Below, in pieces: positions 7,595 through 15,646 of a stretch of 23,891 nt of DNA. The DNA is from a virus. Lineage: Duplodnaviria; Heunggongvirae; Uroviricota; Caudoviricetes. The DNA lies in IMG/VR virus record IMGVR_UViG_3300025896_000021; one strand, written 5' to 3'. Position 1 is the stretch's first letter. Each line of letters opens with the position of its first letter. The notes under the pieces were generated by a model. It did not search any database, had not been told where the DNA came from, and saw nothing but the letters and a program-made list of their open reading frames with translations. A program made the translations under genes and the position numbers.

Positions 7595-7759
7595 TTAAGA
7601 GTTGACAGTTTTGAATGGACTCAGTTCTTCATCCGAAGACTCGGAAACTTCGTACACCCATTTGATGGGCACTTGTAGATATTGAGCGATTTTGACAGGT
7701 GAATCGCCCTGTTCCAGCATCAGTTCAATATCGTAGTAGAGTTCAGACATTCGGCTCAT
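7595..7759 (-). CDS. Small acidic hypothetical protein, 54 aa (MSRMSELYYDIELMLEQG...EELSPFKTVNS)
   Basis: Manual translation; ATGA overlap with the upstream gene; below the track cut-off. Confidence 0.7.
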   Translation of the reverse strand: MSRMSELYYDIELMLEQGDSPVKIAQYLQVPIKWVYEVSESSDEELSPFKTVNS

Positions 7760-7971
7760 TTTGATTTGCTCACGGTAGATTTAAACAAGAAACCACTCAG
7801 TACGGTCAAGCCCCATGCTTGCAACCAAGTCACTTCGGCCACTCCTGCGATGGCGCCGACCAAGCAACCGTTCCACAACATGTACACCGGCCAACTCAGC
7901 AAGAAACTGAGAAACAGAATGCCCATGATACCAAGAACAACTGCACCAACGACAACGACAACTTTTTCCAT
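7756..7971 (-). CDS. Small membrane protein
   Basis: Two long hydrophobic segments; AGGA RBS. Confidence 0.8.
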   Translation of the reverse strand: MEKVVVVVGAVVLGIMGILFLSFLLSWPVYMLWNGCLVGAIAGVAEVTWLQAWGLTVLSGFLFKSTVSKSK

Positions 7972-7993
7972 GATTTTTCCTAGAGTTTAAAAA

Positions 7994-8266
7994 TTAAGCA
8001 GCAGACAACATGTTTGCAGGGACACGCCAGTTGGTCATACCAGACTTGACGATAATGAATTTACGATTCACCTTTTCAACTGAACCAATCACAGTCTGAC
8101 CGGAGCGTGAGCTAGTGAATTTTACTTGTGAGCCCTTGACTAGGGTGAATTTGTTTTTCGTTGCGATTTGACCACGAGCAAATTTGATTGCATCATTGAT
8201 TGAATTCAGGTCTTCGTTAGAGAAAGTGCCTGCGATGATAGAACGATTGATTTCTTGCAAAGTCAT
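7994..8266 (-). CDS. Hypothetical protein with SH3/KOW-like beta-barrel C-terminus
   Basis: KGSQVKFTSSRSGQTVIGSVEKVNRKFIIVK...WRVP pattern; AAGGA RBS. Confidence 0.8.
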   Translation of the reverse strand: MTLQEINRSIIAGTFSNEDLNSINDAIKFARGQIATKNKFTLVKGSQVKFTSSRSGQTVIGSVEKVNRKFIIVKSGMTNWRVPANMLSAA

Positions 8267-8298
8267 TTTGATTCCTTGTTTCGACTGTTTAAGATTCT

Positions 8299-8327
8299 AT
8301 TATATACCCAAAGTGATTTATTGTCAA
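8299..8327 (-). promoter_or_regulatory. sigma70 promoter TTGACA-17-TATAAT (cassette copy)
   Basis: Perfect consensus; leader AGAATCTTAAACAGT. Confidence 0.9.
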
Positions 8328-8611
8328 CCTTTTTTAACAGGTTTCACCCCATCAAAAGTCCATTCATTTGCTATCTCCTCATAGAAGTCGTTGCAATCAC
8401 CTTCAGTGCCATCATCCGCTAGATAGTAGTAGGCAGACTCTGTATTGCCTGCGCGGTCAATCTCGTCCTCATCGTAGCCGCACTGGTCATAACCTTCAGG
8501 GTCATAGATAAACCAAGCAACCGGTTGATTGTCGTAGTCGCTATACTTTTTGAACCACTTCTTGTCCTTGATGTATGCTGCACTGATTGTTGGACTGTGT
8601 TTTTCACGCAT
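8324..8611 (-). CDS. Acidic hypothetical protein
   Basis: AGGA RBS in the cassette leader; the TGA stop lies inside the next -35 box. Confidence 0.75.
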   Translation of the reverse strand: MREKHSPTISAAYIKDKKWFKKYSDYDNQPVAWFIYDPEGYDQCGYDEDEIDRAGNTESAYYYLADDGTEGDCNDFYEEIANEWTFDGVKPVKKG

Positions 8612-8643
8612 TTTAGTTCCTGTTCTTTACTGTCTAAGATTCT

Positions 8644-8672
8644 ATTATAGCACCGAAACCATTTACCGTCAA
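8644..8672 (-). promoter_or_regulatory. sigma70 promoter TTGACG-17-TATAAT (cassette copy)
   Basis: Near consensus, TG extension, leader AGAATCTTAGACAGTAAAGAACAGGA. Confidence 0.85.
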
Positions 8673-8677
8673 CCTTT

Positions 8678-8926
8678 TTATAGGTTCTTCAATAGGTGCA
8701 TTGTTAGGTCAGGGCCGCCGATCAGTACGCATTGACACGTGTACTTTAGGTAACCAGTATCATCACGGTATTTTGATAGCATATCAACGACACGAACTTG
8801 CTTGGGTGTGATTTTGATAACCTTACCCACATAAAGGCTATTGTGATGGGTGTATGCGACTGCATCACCCTCTGCCACAGTACGACCCAGAAGGTCTCGG
8901 TGATCTTCTGGAATAGTCTTACTCAT
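8678..8926 (-). CDS. Hypothetical protein, SH3/KOW-like
   Basis: DLLGRTVAEGDAVAY...VGKVIKITPKQVRV; TAATG overlap with the upstream gene. Confidence 0.8.
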   Translation of the reverse strand: MSKTIPEDHRDLLGRTVAEGDAVAYTHHNSLYVGKVIKITPKQVRVVDMLSKYRDDTGYLKYTCQCVLIGGPDLTMHLLKNL

Positions 8927-9168
8927 TATTTGGAAGTAATTTTGTTGATATTTGCAGAGATTTCGTCAATTTTTTTATCATGTTCCAACTTAGAAAGGAT
9001 TAATCCATACACGGTGTACAATAGTACACTCATTATACCGACTGAAAATGCAGTTTGAATTGTCTCCACAGAGACATTGTGTGCAATGTAATGTACTAGG
9101 CCTGCTGCGGCGACTGTACCAGCCATGAATCCAGCCAGAATGAGTAGAGCTTTGAGTTTAAGAGACAT
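8926..9168 (-). CDS. Small membrane protein (start re-assigned to MSLKLKAL at 9168)
   Basis: AAGGA RBS before ATG 9168; two hydrophobic helices. Confidence 0.75.
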   Translation of the reverse strand: MSLKLKALLILAGFMAGTVAAAGLVHYIAHNVSVETIQTAFSVGIMSVLLYTVYGLILSKLEHDKKIDEISANINKITSK

Positions 9169-9301
9169 TTTGAATTTCCTTTTGTGTGAGAATTGTGTTT
9201 GTGACGATAACACCACCGTATGCTTGCTGATACGTTTCAGCTACGGCTTTGACGAAAAATGTGAGAACTTTACCATTTGATGTAATCAGCGTGAAGTTCA
9301 T
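9158..9301 (-). CDS. Small hypothetical protein, 47 aa (MNFTLITSNGKVLTFFVKAVAETYQQAYGG...)
   Basis: Manual translation; AAGGA/TGGA RBS; directly downstream of promoter 9331-9359. Confidence 0.75.
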   Translation of the reverse strand: MNFTLITSNGKVLTFFVKAVAETYQQAYGGVIVTNTILTQKEIQNVS

Positions 9302-9330
9302 TTCCAGTTCCTTATCGTTTCAATACATGT

Positions 9331-9359
9331 ATTGTATCACGGAAACCATTTAATGTCAA
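9331..9359 (-). promoter_or_regulatory. sigma70 promoter TTGACA-17-TACAAT
   Basis: Spacer TTAAATGGTTTCCGTGA differs by 1 nt from the 7132-7160 copy. Confidence 0.85.
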
Positions 9360-9363
9360 CCTT

Positions 9364-9516
9364 TTAGGTCTCAGGGCGATTGCAGTGCTTATTCTTACGA
9401 CGGTACTGCACTTTGGATTGGACAACCTTAGGTTTGAACGGGGTGTTCTCGCAGAAAAGCACCCTATGTGCCCGATGTTTGGGCTGTTCAACAGTGAAAG
9501 ATATTACCTTTTTCAT
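9364..9516 (-). CDS. ArfA-like small basic protein, 50 aa (putative alternative ribosome-rescue factor)
   Basis: MKKVISFTVEQPKHRAHRVLFCENTPFKPKVVQSKVQYRRKNKHCNRPET; PF[KR]x[KR]V...YxRKxKH resembles E. coli ArfA. It sits exactly between two promoters. Confidence 0.6.
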   Translation of the reverse strand: MKKVISFTVEQPKHRAHRVLFCENTPFKPKVVQSKVQYRRKNKHCNRPET

Positions 9517-9523
9517 AACTCAT

Positions 9524-9552
9524 AGTATAACACAATGAGTATTTATTGTCAA
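9524..9552 (-). promoter_or_regulatory. sigma70 promoter TTGACA-17-TATACT, extended -10
   Basis: ATG 9516 follows 7 nt after the -10, so the transcript would be leaderless. Confidence 0.8.
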
Positions 9553-9785
9553 CCTTGGCGACCAGTGGTGTAGTGTTTACCTTTTGGACCTTTGCTGATA
9601 AAAGTTCTTCCATACAAATCTCCCTGGTACTCGTCACTTTTAACATTGTACTTCAACACCAATTTGATGCTCCGATCAAGGCTGATGCTGAGTAGCACAT
9701 TAGGTTTAAAGTCAAGTACCTCAGCAGTTACAGTTTGGTTGTTGTCAACACATTTGACTGACGTAGTTTCATCATACCGGATCAT
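9549..9785 (-). CDS. Hypothetical phage protein
   Basis: AGGAG RBS; the stop lies inside the next -35 box. Confidence 0.8.
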   Translation of the reverse strand: MIRYDETTSVKCVDNNQTVTAEVLDFKPNVLLSISLDRSIKLVLKYNVKSDEYQGDLYGRTFISKGPKGKHYTTGRQG

Positions 9786-10104
9786 TACTTTCTCCTAATG
9801 AGAATTCAATGCGTTTGATATTTTTGATAGTGAATGCGCGCCACTCATTTTTTTCTAAGTCAAAGACACGCAATGCCTTTGTACTATCAGATTGTTTGCG
9901 GGGCTTTGCACCTTCTTTCAATTCAACTACAGGTAGCTTGCTTGCTTCCAATGTGCATTTCATTACTCGCTCCGTGCCATCAACTTTAGTGAAAGTAATA
10001 GTTGCTTCACCGATTGCTAGCATTCCCTTAAGCCACTCGTGCAGTTTAGGTTCCATCTCATCAGTAATCGCAACATCTGTATTAACCCAGTTACCAGTTT
10101 CCAT
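9772..10104 (-). CDS. Sm-like/SH3 beta-barrel phage protein (WYL_2/DUF2693-like)
   Basis: ITFTKVDGTERVMKCTL...VFDLEKNEWRAF motif of the T4-like WYL_2 family. Confidence 0.8.
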   Translation of the reverse strand: METGNWVNTDVAITDEMEPKLHEWLKGMLAIGEATITFTKVDGTERVMKCTLEASKLPVVELKEGAKPRKQSDSTKALRVFDLEKNEWRAFTIKNIKRIEFSLGESNDPV

Positions 10105-10427
10105 TATTTTGATACTCCTAAAATTGTTTTTGCTCGGGCGACAAGTTCCTCATCACTGTCAGTGAATCGGTAACCTTCTTCGATAAGTCGCAATGTGTAG
10201 AATTTGTTAAAGAACAACCCGAACATCAATGCAGTAAGCATCCACAGTGGTAATGTGAACATGTGAAAGATTAGACAAATCAATGACATTACGAGATTAC
10301 CACGATAAAGCGGTACAATCCATCCTAGACTAAAGATGCCTAGAAAGAAATAGCTATAGCTAAAACCAATGTATCCGTCTTTGACGATACCAGTTTTAGT
10401 ATGGGTCATTTGAATTGCTTGTGCCAT
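10104..10427 (-). CDS. Membrane protein (GFSxxxFFxG...PLxRG family)
   Basis: Hydrophobic helices; motif GYIGFSYSYFFLG...VPLYRG, FNKFYTLRLIEEGY. Confidence 0.8.
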   Translation of the reverse strand: MAQAIQMTHTKTGIVKDGYIGFSYSYFFLGIFSLGWIVPLYRGNLVMSLICLIFHMFTLPLWMLTALMFGLFFNKFYTLRLIEEGYRFTDSDEELVARAKTILGVSK

Positions 10428-10898
10428 TTATTGCCCTTGTTCTTTCCAAGTTGTAAAGAAGTTTTTGATCTTAGTTTCTTCATCCCAAGAAGTAGTGTAG
10501 TCATTATCTTTGTCACACAAGGTCAGTGCCTCTGCCTTAGTAACAACACGATGCGACACAATTTGTTCACCTAAATGCTCTGAACTGAATGTCTTGGCTT
10601 CTTCCATCGTTACGGTATCCAATGCCCATGTAGATTTATCTTTACCGAAATCATCAACACCAATAGGAACTTCGACCATATAGCGGTCGCGGAACGTACT
10701 AACGCATTCAACGAGAACCCATTGAGTTTCTACCTTCTTAGACAGAGTAAACGAACCATCATCATTGGGTTCCCAGTTGAGAGTATCATCAATTTCCCAG
10801 CCCAGCTGATCACACAGACCTTCGGGGAAGGGAAGAATTAGATCACCTGTCTCAGGATCTTCCTCAACGATAACTGTAAAAGTTTTATTTTCATTCAT
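10428..10898 (-). CDS. Protein with N-terminal AbrB/SpoVT-like domain
   Basis: GDLILPFPEGLCDQLGWEIDDTLNWEPNDDGSFTLSK parallels 1658..1852. Confidence 0.75.
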   Translation of the reverse strand: MNENKTFTVIVEEDPETGDLILPFPEGLCDQLGWEIDDTLNWEPNDDGSFTLSKKVETQWVLVECVSTFRDRYMVEVPIGVDDFGKDKSTWALDTVTMEEAKTFSSEHLGEQIVSHRVVTKAEALTLCDKDNDYTTSWDEETKIKNFFTTWKEQGQ

Positions 10899-10899
10899 A

Positions 10900-11190
10900 T
10901 TAATTTACCAACATTCTAATTAAACCAATGCTGTCAATAGTGACAAGCAACAAATAATTTGCAATCATACCAAACGATTTACGAGTATAAGCAGCCCAAC
11001 CGTACATAGCGCAGCCACAAATCCATATAGGATAAAGATAGATAAGAGGCGGATTGGGTACAGTGAGCGCCATTGTGATCGAACACGCGATTGAAATAGC
11101 CCAAGCCATAATTTCAACGACAAAACGAACAGGGTAAGTTTTATAGTCATCTTTGATCCAAGTAAAAATACTAGCTACCGCATCATTCAT
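10900..11190 (-). CDS. Three-TM membrane protein (start re-assigned to ATG 11190)
   Basis: Three hydrophobic segments; ATGAATGA overlap with the upstream stop. Confidence 0.8.
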   Translation of the reverse strand: MNDAVASIFTWIKDDYKTYPVRFVVEIMAWAISIACSITMALTVPNPPLIYLYPIWICGCAMYGWAAYTRKSFGMIANYLLLVTIDSIGLIRMLVN

Positions 11191-11680
11191 GTTTATCAAT
11201 CACTGCTTGTAAAATTTCAACCACTAACTCATTGAGTGTGATATCTTTCTCGTGCGCAAGTTGCATCATAGTAAACAATTCATCTTTGGATAAATTGATC
11301 GGCACACTAACACGTTTGTCAAAGTCTTCACCTTTGAAAATAGCACTTGCTTTTTCTAGGAAGTCTTCTTCTGTCTCCAAGTCAATCCACTTAACATCAT
11401 CCCATGCTTGGTCTGCATCTATTGTACGGTACGATGCTTCCTCATACATAACATTCTTAAACAGAGGATTCAACCAACGATAAGGCTTTTGTTCTGAATC
11501 TTTGATTTCAACATGAATTTCGTAGACTACTTGATCTGTCGTATCAAATACGCATGACCCAGTTGCATAAGCACTTTCATAATCTAGAAAGCGGGCGTTA
11601 GGACCGTAACACTTCCAGCCATATTCGCTGCCGCCATTGATACGATGTTCAAGACTTTCGTTTACGTCTTTTAGTTGCAT
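11183..11680 (-). CDS. Hypothetical protein with C-terminal ribbon-helix-helix-like segment
   Basis: AAAGGA RBS; RVSVPINL-SKDELFTMMQLAHEK-DITLNELVVEIL fits the RHH strand-helix-helix pattern. Confidence 0.75.
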   Translation of the reverse strand: MQLKDVNESLEHRINGGSEYGWKCYGPNARFLDYESAYATGSCVFDTTDQVVYEIHVEIKDSEQKPYRWLNPLFKNVMYEEASYRTIDADQAWDDVKWIDLETEEDFLEKASAIFKGEDFDKRVSVPINLSKDELFTMMQLAHEKDITLNELVVEILQAVIDKHE

Positions 11681-11882
11681 TTTGTTTTCCTTTAAGGGTT
11701 TGTAAGTCTGCTAATTTGATAATTTCATTATAGATGAATTCCATTACACTGTAAAGTATTTTGGCATCACGCTCTGTCATCCCTGCTTCCCAAGAAGGGT
11801 CAGTAGGTTGTTTTCGCAATCCAAAATCATGCCTGTACTCTAGGCACATCATGTGGATTACTTCTTCTTTAGTCATTGTCAT
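11649..11882 (-). CDS. Hypothetical protein
   Basis: Packed into the operon with overlaps on both sides. Confidence 0.65.
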   Translation of the reverse strand: MTMTKEEVIHMMCLEYRHDFGLRKQPTDPSWEAGMTERDAKILYSVMEFIYNEIIKLADLQTLKGKQNATKRRKRKS

Positions 11883-12147
11883 GTTTCACCCAAGTATTTG
11901 TTCCACTGTTCCAGTGTCGGTTGTCATAAATTTGTGCACCGATTGTGTATCCCAAAAACCCCATCTCTATGCAGAGTCCTCCGTGGTCTCTACGGAAAGT
12001 CATCTCAAAGCTAAAACTAATTAACACACCACATCGGTAACATTCAATTTCCCAAGACTTGTTTTTAGTTAGTTGGCCGGCTTTAACAAACACAGTTTTG
12101 AATGTGTTACTCCATGGATTTTGAATTGTGAGGTTAAGATGGATCAT
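11869..12147 (-). CDS. Hypothetical phage protein (YDNRHW motif; start re-assigned to ATG 12147)
   Basis: The track start at 12300 overlaps 12215..12433; ATG 12147 follows promoter 12166-12195. Confidence 0.7.
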   Translation of the reverse strand: MIHLNLTIQNPWSNTFKTVFVKAGQLTKNKSWEIECYRCGVLISFSFEMTFRRDHGGLCIEMGFLGYTIGAQIYDNRHWNSGTNTWVKHDND

Positions 12148-12165
12148 ATATATTTCTCTAGCGTC

Positions 12166-12195
12166 ATTATAACACTCAATACAATAATGAAGCAA
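12166..12195 (-). promoter_or_regulatory. sigma70 promoter TTGCTT-18-TATAAT, extended -10
   Basis: TGtTATAAT with a weaker -35, in the gap between genes. Confidence 0.55.
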
Positions 12196-12214
12196 GTACT
12201 TTCGGGCAGATAAA

Positions 12215-12433
12215 TCATCGTTTGGTCTGTCCGATCCGACTAGCCTTATTCCAGTCGTATGCAACCCCATCTGGACATTTGCCGTCTTTGATAGTATCAA
12301 CTCCGAACATACCTACGATTTCAAAGTCTGGACCGGTGATGGTCACAAACTCGTTCATTACTTTAGCGGTGTGCATTGCTTCATCCAATGTCATTGCATC
12401 AAATGAAACAGTCTTACCTTTTACTTTAAACAT
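12215..12433 (-). CDS. Hypothetical phage protein
   Basis: Packed operon; start follows the stop of the phosphatase gene. Confidence 0.75.
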   Translation of the reverse strand: MFKVKGKTVSFDAMTLDEAMHTAKVMNEFVTITGPDFEIVGMFGVDTIKDGKCPDGVAYDWNKASRIGQTKR

Positions 12434-12897
12434 TAAAAATCATTCTTAAAAGTTCGCCAATCATCTAAGTTTGGCTTTTCGTTTTCATCATATGTCCAAC
12501 CCAATGCCTTCATCATACGATGCTTGACTAACAAGTTAGGGCTACGAAATCTTCCAGTGTCTTCAAATCCCATCATTACACCGACTTCGCAAACTGCACC
12601 ACTACGGCAAATGCCCATAGTACAGTGAACAACCACGTTCATGCGATTGTCTTTTGCATGTTGCAGCAATCGAACCAACTCGTTAGCTTGTTCTTGGCTG
12701 CAACGCATTTCTTCTTCCAATGCATAGTCATGCAATTCAATGTCAAGGAACTCAAAGTTATGACGTTCCTTGAACACGTGCTTTGCTTCTGGCTTCCAAC
12801 CTGCAGGATCTGTAATGCTAATCAGCATAGAGTTCTCACCTGCTTCATGATGGAAGCGAGTTGGGATATCACTAGCAGCTACATTCTCAATCCACAT
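12433..12897 (-). CDS. CX5R (PTP/dual-specificity-type) phosphatase-like protein (start re-assigned to MWIENV at 12897)
   Basis: VVVHCTMGICRSGAV = HCxxGxxRS P-loop; LISITDP and FLDIE motifs; GAGG RBS. Confidence 0.8.
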   Translation of the reverse strand: MWIENVAASDIPTRFHHEAGENSMLISITDPAGWKPEAKHVFKERHNFEFLDIELHDYALEEEMRCSQEQANELVRLLQHAKDNRMNVVVHCTMGICRSGAVCEVGVMMGFEDTGRFRSPNLLVKHRMMKALGWTYDENEKPNLDDWRTFKNDF

Positions 12898-13351
12898 ATC
12901 GTACCTCAATAAATCCTTCATCCTTAGTTGGTTCTTGCCAACCTGCAATCATACTATCAACAACATTTTTCGGAATGTGTTTACCAAAGCGACCACTCAA
13001 TCGCACATCTAACTCGTCACGTACGGGTGTGCGGAACACCACAGCAACATGCTCATAATCACGCAACATATTAAACTTCTTTTTACGGCTATTAACTGTA
13101 GTAGAAGTTTGGTCCCATATGATATCTCGGCCCAGGTCCCGAGCATTCTCAACTTGAATAGCCATTAGCTTTACGGCTTGTGGCATATAGTCTTTGAACA
13201 CTTCGTTATAGGTTAGTCCAAGTCGTTCGGCTTCCATGTCAACCCACATGTCGGTAGATACAATAGTACAATCACTAGCCCAGGCTTGGTTCTTGATCCA
13301 AGTACTTTTACCTGCTGCGGGCACTCCGACTAATTGATAACATTTTGCCAT
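12887..13351 (-). CDS. P-loop polynucleotide-kinase-like protein (AAA_33); alternative GTG start at 13360
   Basis: Walker A GVPAAGKST, IVSTD, IIWDQTS, RxxR lid LDVRLSGR...HIPKNVVDSM. Confidence 0.8.
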   Translation of the reverse strand: MAKCYQLVGVPAAGKSTWIKNQAWASDCTIVSTDMWVDMEAERLGLTYNEVFKDYMPQAVKLMAIQVENARDLGRDIIWDQTSTTVNSRKKKFNMLRDYEHVAVVFRTPVRDELDVRLSGRFGKHIPKNVVDSMIAGWQEPTKDEGFIEVRYVD

Positions 13352-13356
13352 TTTCT

Positions 13357-13752
13357 TCACCGTGTACTGTTTGCTAATTCTTTGTAACCATTTGTTGTAG
13401 GATGAACTTTGTCTTTTGAAAGTTGAGGAATGAACAAAATCTTATCCTCAAACTTGCCAGCAACAATTTTCACTGCCTCTTGTGCGTTTGCATTTATTGC
13501 AGGGACGATCCAATATACTCTTTTTGCATCAACCACTTCTCTAAGTACAAACAACTCTGCAAGAGTTTTCATGTTTTTGGAATCATTTGACCCCAAACTG
13601 ATAATTACTGTTTTGGCTGCAAGATCCTTTGTGATATTTCTATCAACATAGTTGCGACTATTAATTCCCACCTTAGCATGAACTTCACACTCAGGGCGAT
13701 ACTGTGCTACGCCAACTGCAATACTATCACCTAACAGTAAACACTCAATCAT
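13357..13752 (-). CDS. SGNH/GDSL hydrolase (start re-assigned to MIECLLLGDS at 13752)
   Basis: Block I GDS, block III ISLGSND, block V DKVHP. Confidence 0.85.
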   Translation of the reverse strand: MIECLLLGDSIAVGVAQYRPECEVHAKVGINSRNYVDRNITKDLAAKTVIISLGSNDSKNMKTLAELFVLREVVDAKRVYWIVPAINANAQEAVKIVAGKFEDKILFIPQLSKDKVHPTTNGYKELANSTR

Positions 13753-14032
13753 TAGATTCGTCTTCCTCTTCGGGAATTGCTGCTTCAAGCTGCCGGATCA
13801 GAGATCGGACTGCACTTGTACTCATTGTCAGTGTAGATGCGGTGTAGCCATCGCCGGTCATACGCAGTTGAATATAGCCGGCAGGGTTACGTCCGATTGT
13901 GTACACTGCATCATCCTTCATCGGGTCGCGAGGAGCAACTACCTTAGGTATAACTGGAATTGCAGTTGGTTCCTCGTTAATAGCTGCATCAACCGTGTTG
14001 GCAATTTGCCGTTTACGCCATCCAAAAATCAT
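13745..14032 (-). CDS. Hypothetical protein (start re-assigned to ATG 14032)
   Basis: AAGGAG RBS before 14032. Confidence 0.7.
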   Translation of the reverse strand: MIFGWRKRQIANTVDAAINEEPTAIPVIPKVVAPRDPMKDDAVYTIGRNPAGYIQLRMTGDGYTASTLTMSTSAVRSLIRQLEAAIPEEEDESND

Positions 14033-14042
14033 ACTAACTCCT

Positions 14043-14228
14043 TTATTGAATGGTAGCAGTTTGATAACCACTACCACCCGTTTTAATCATAGCAACATGC
14101 GTTACCAACTTTAGAAACTCATCCATTTCCTCTGAACTTGCTGCCGCATGGGGTAGTTCCCCTTGCATCACTTTCCACAAACGTTCAACGTCTGTATCAG
14201 AAAGCCAAGTATCAAATTCATCTGTCAT
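14043..14228 (-). CDS. Hypothetical protein
   Basis: AAGGA RBS, directly after a promoter. Confidence 0.75.
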   Translation of the reverse strand: MTDEFDTWLSDTDVERLWKVMQGELPHAAASSEEMDEFLKLVTHVAMIKTGGSGYQTATIQ

Positions 14229-14246
14229 TTATGTTCCTTAAATTGT

Positions 14247-14275
14247 ATTATAGCATGGTATCCATTACTTGTCAA
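14247..14275 (-). promoter_or_regulatory. sigma70 promoter TTGACA-17-TATAAT, extended -10
   Basis: Perfect consensus. Confidence 0.85.
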
Positions 14276-14276
14276 C

Positions 14277-15296
14277 TTAGTCGCCGCCCTTGAGCAAAAA
14301 CTTGTTAGAAATTGCCTTGAAGGACACTTGTTTTTCGTTACACTTGAACACAAGACCTTCACGTTCTGGTCCATTGATATCGCCCATTACAGACTTACCT
14401 TCTGCAAGTTGCAGCAATGATTCAACTGATTCAATTAGCTCAGTGTTGCGGTGAAGCACAGGGCAGTGATTCAATCCAAACACTTCTACAAACGCCTTAC
14501 GTTCAGCAGGAGTGTAGTAACGTCCTGCATCAATATCGTAAATGTCGTAAACATAAAAGTCTTGGTCACGCATCTTGTACTTGTTACCTTGAATACCGTT
14601 GCCAATCAGTTCACCTTGAACTGCAAGGTTACCACCTGCAATCTTCAACTTTTCTTCTAGGTCGTGCTTAAGAGCAGCACGCCACAGTGAATTATCTTCG
14701 TTGCGTTTGAGGTCAAGGTTGCGTGAACACACACCAACATAGTCATCAATACGATAAACAGTCATTGACGAACCATCTAACTTTTCAGTCACTTCCCAAG
14801 ATAGATTCTCAGTCTTCCACACTTCCAACTCTACTGACAAGTTTTGAATACGCTCTTGGTCAGTCTTGGGAATCACTGAAGGGAACATGCCCTTGACTTC
14901 GCCTGCAAGTGCTGCGGGGATTGGTGCTTCGTACTTGGTGATACCGAGAAATTCAGATACATCATCACCGATCGCCATATCATTTGGAAATAACTTCACA
15001 GATTCTGGAGACAGTAACAGCCCTTGCGACAATTGACCACGCAACTTCACAGTACGGAGACGTTCGCCTTCAACACCTTCAAAAGTCTTAGCATAGTGTC
15101 CGGACTTGGTCAAGAACGGTGCGATAGTAGAGGGGATGAACGAATCAATTTCGCAATATACTGCCAGATCACCAGCAGTATATTCACCCTTCTTTACTAC
15201 GCAGGTCCAGCCACCTACGATAGCGCATTCAATTGCATCAGCGCCCACAATAGGACGCAGTGCATCAATCTTTCTAATAGTTGCCATCTTACGCAT
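14277..15296 (-). CDS. RNA ligase, DRB0094/Rnl2-like family with N-terminal OB module
   Basis: Motif I VTEKLDGSS, VCSRN, VQGELIG, FYVYDIYD, motif IV REGLVFK, motif V SFKAISN; N-terminal PIVGADAIECAIVGGWTCVVKKG and LRTVKLRGQLSQGLL. Confidence 0.9.
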   Translation of the reverse strand: MRKMATIRKIDALRPIVGADAIECAIVGGWTCVVKKGEYTAGDLAVYCEIDSFIPSTIAPFLTKSGHYAKTFEGVEGERLRTVKLRGQLSQGLLLSPESVKLFPNDMAIGDDVSEFLGITKYEAPIPAALAGEVKGMFPSVIPKTDQERIQNLSVELEVWKTENLSWEVTEKLDGSSMTVYRIDDYVGVCSRNLDLKRNEDNSLWRAALKHDLEEKLKIAGGNLAVQGELIGNGIQGNKYKMRDQDFYVYDIYDIDAGRYYTPAERKAFVEVFGLNHCPVLHRNTELIESVESLLQLAEGKSVMGDINGPEREGLVFKCNEKQVSFKAISNKFLLKGGD

Positions 15297-15645
15297 TTTT
15301 AATTTCCTTTACACTAAAGAGATGTTGTGGTACCGAACCAAACATCGAATATAAAACTTTACTTGAGGTTGACGCTACTGCAAGTTTGATTCCTCGTTTG
15401 GCTACTACCATTTTGTAATAATCTCGGGCAATGCGATTTCGTTTTGCACCTCGACTATTGTTACATTGAAAACAAGCCGCAACTAAATTAGATGCAACGT
15501 CAATTCTCCTGTGCTTCGGGCTTGACCATTTATCCACAAGATGTTCAACTGTTGCCAATTGCGGAGACTTTTTCTCACGATTCATTTCACAATTGCAGTA
15601 ATGACACTTGCTACTTTGACGATTAATCAAACTATCCAAGGTCAT
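15289..15645 (-). CDS. HNH endonuclease-family protein (start re-assigned to ATG 15645)
   Basis: CHYC zinc knuckle, ATVEHL, NLVAACFQCNNSRG. Confidence 0.8.
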   Translation of the reverse strand: MTLDSLINRQSSKCHYCNCEMNREKKSPQLATVEHLVDKWSSPKHRRIDVASNLVAACFQCNNSRGAKRNRIARDYYKMVVAKRGIKLAVASTSSKVLYSMFGSVPQHLFSVKEIKNA

Positions 15646-15646
15646 T

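Noticed and set aside
12144-12218. 24-aa hydrophobic mini-ORF (MIYLPESTCFIIVLSVIMTLEKYI) with ATGA overlaps at both ends
   Set aside because: The same DNA is explained by an extended -10 promoter, and there is no RBS. It cannot be excluded without Ribo-seq.
15289-15645. HNH gene as an intron-encoded homing endonuclease
   Set aside because: Flanking genes are intact and tightly overlapping; no group I/II intron elements were seen.
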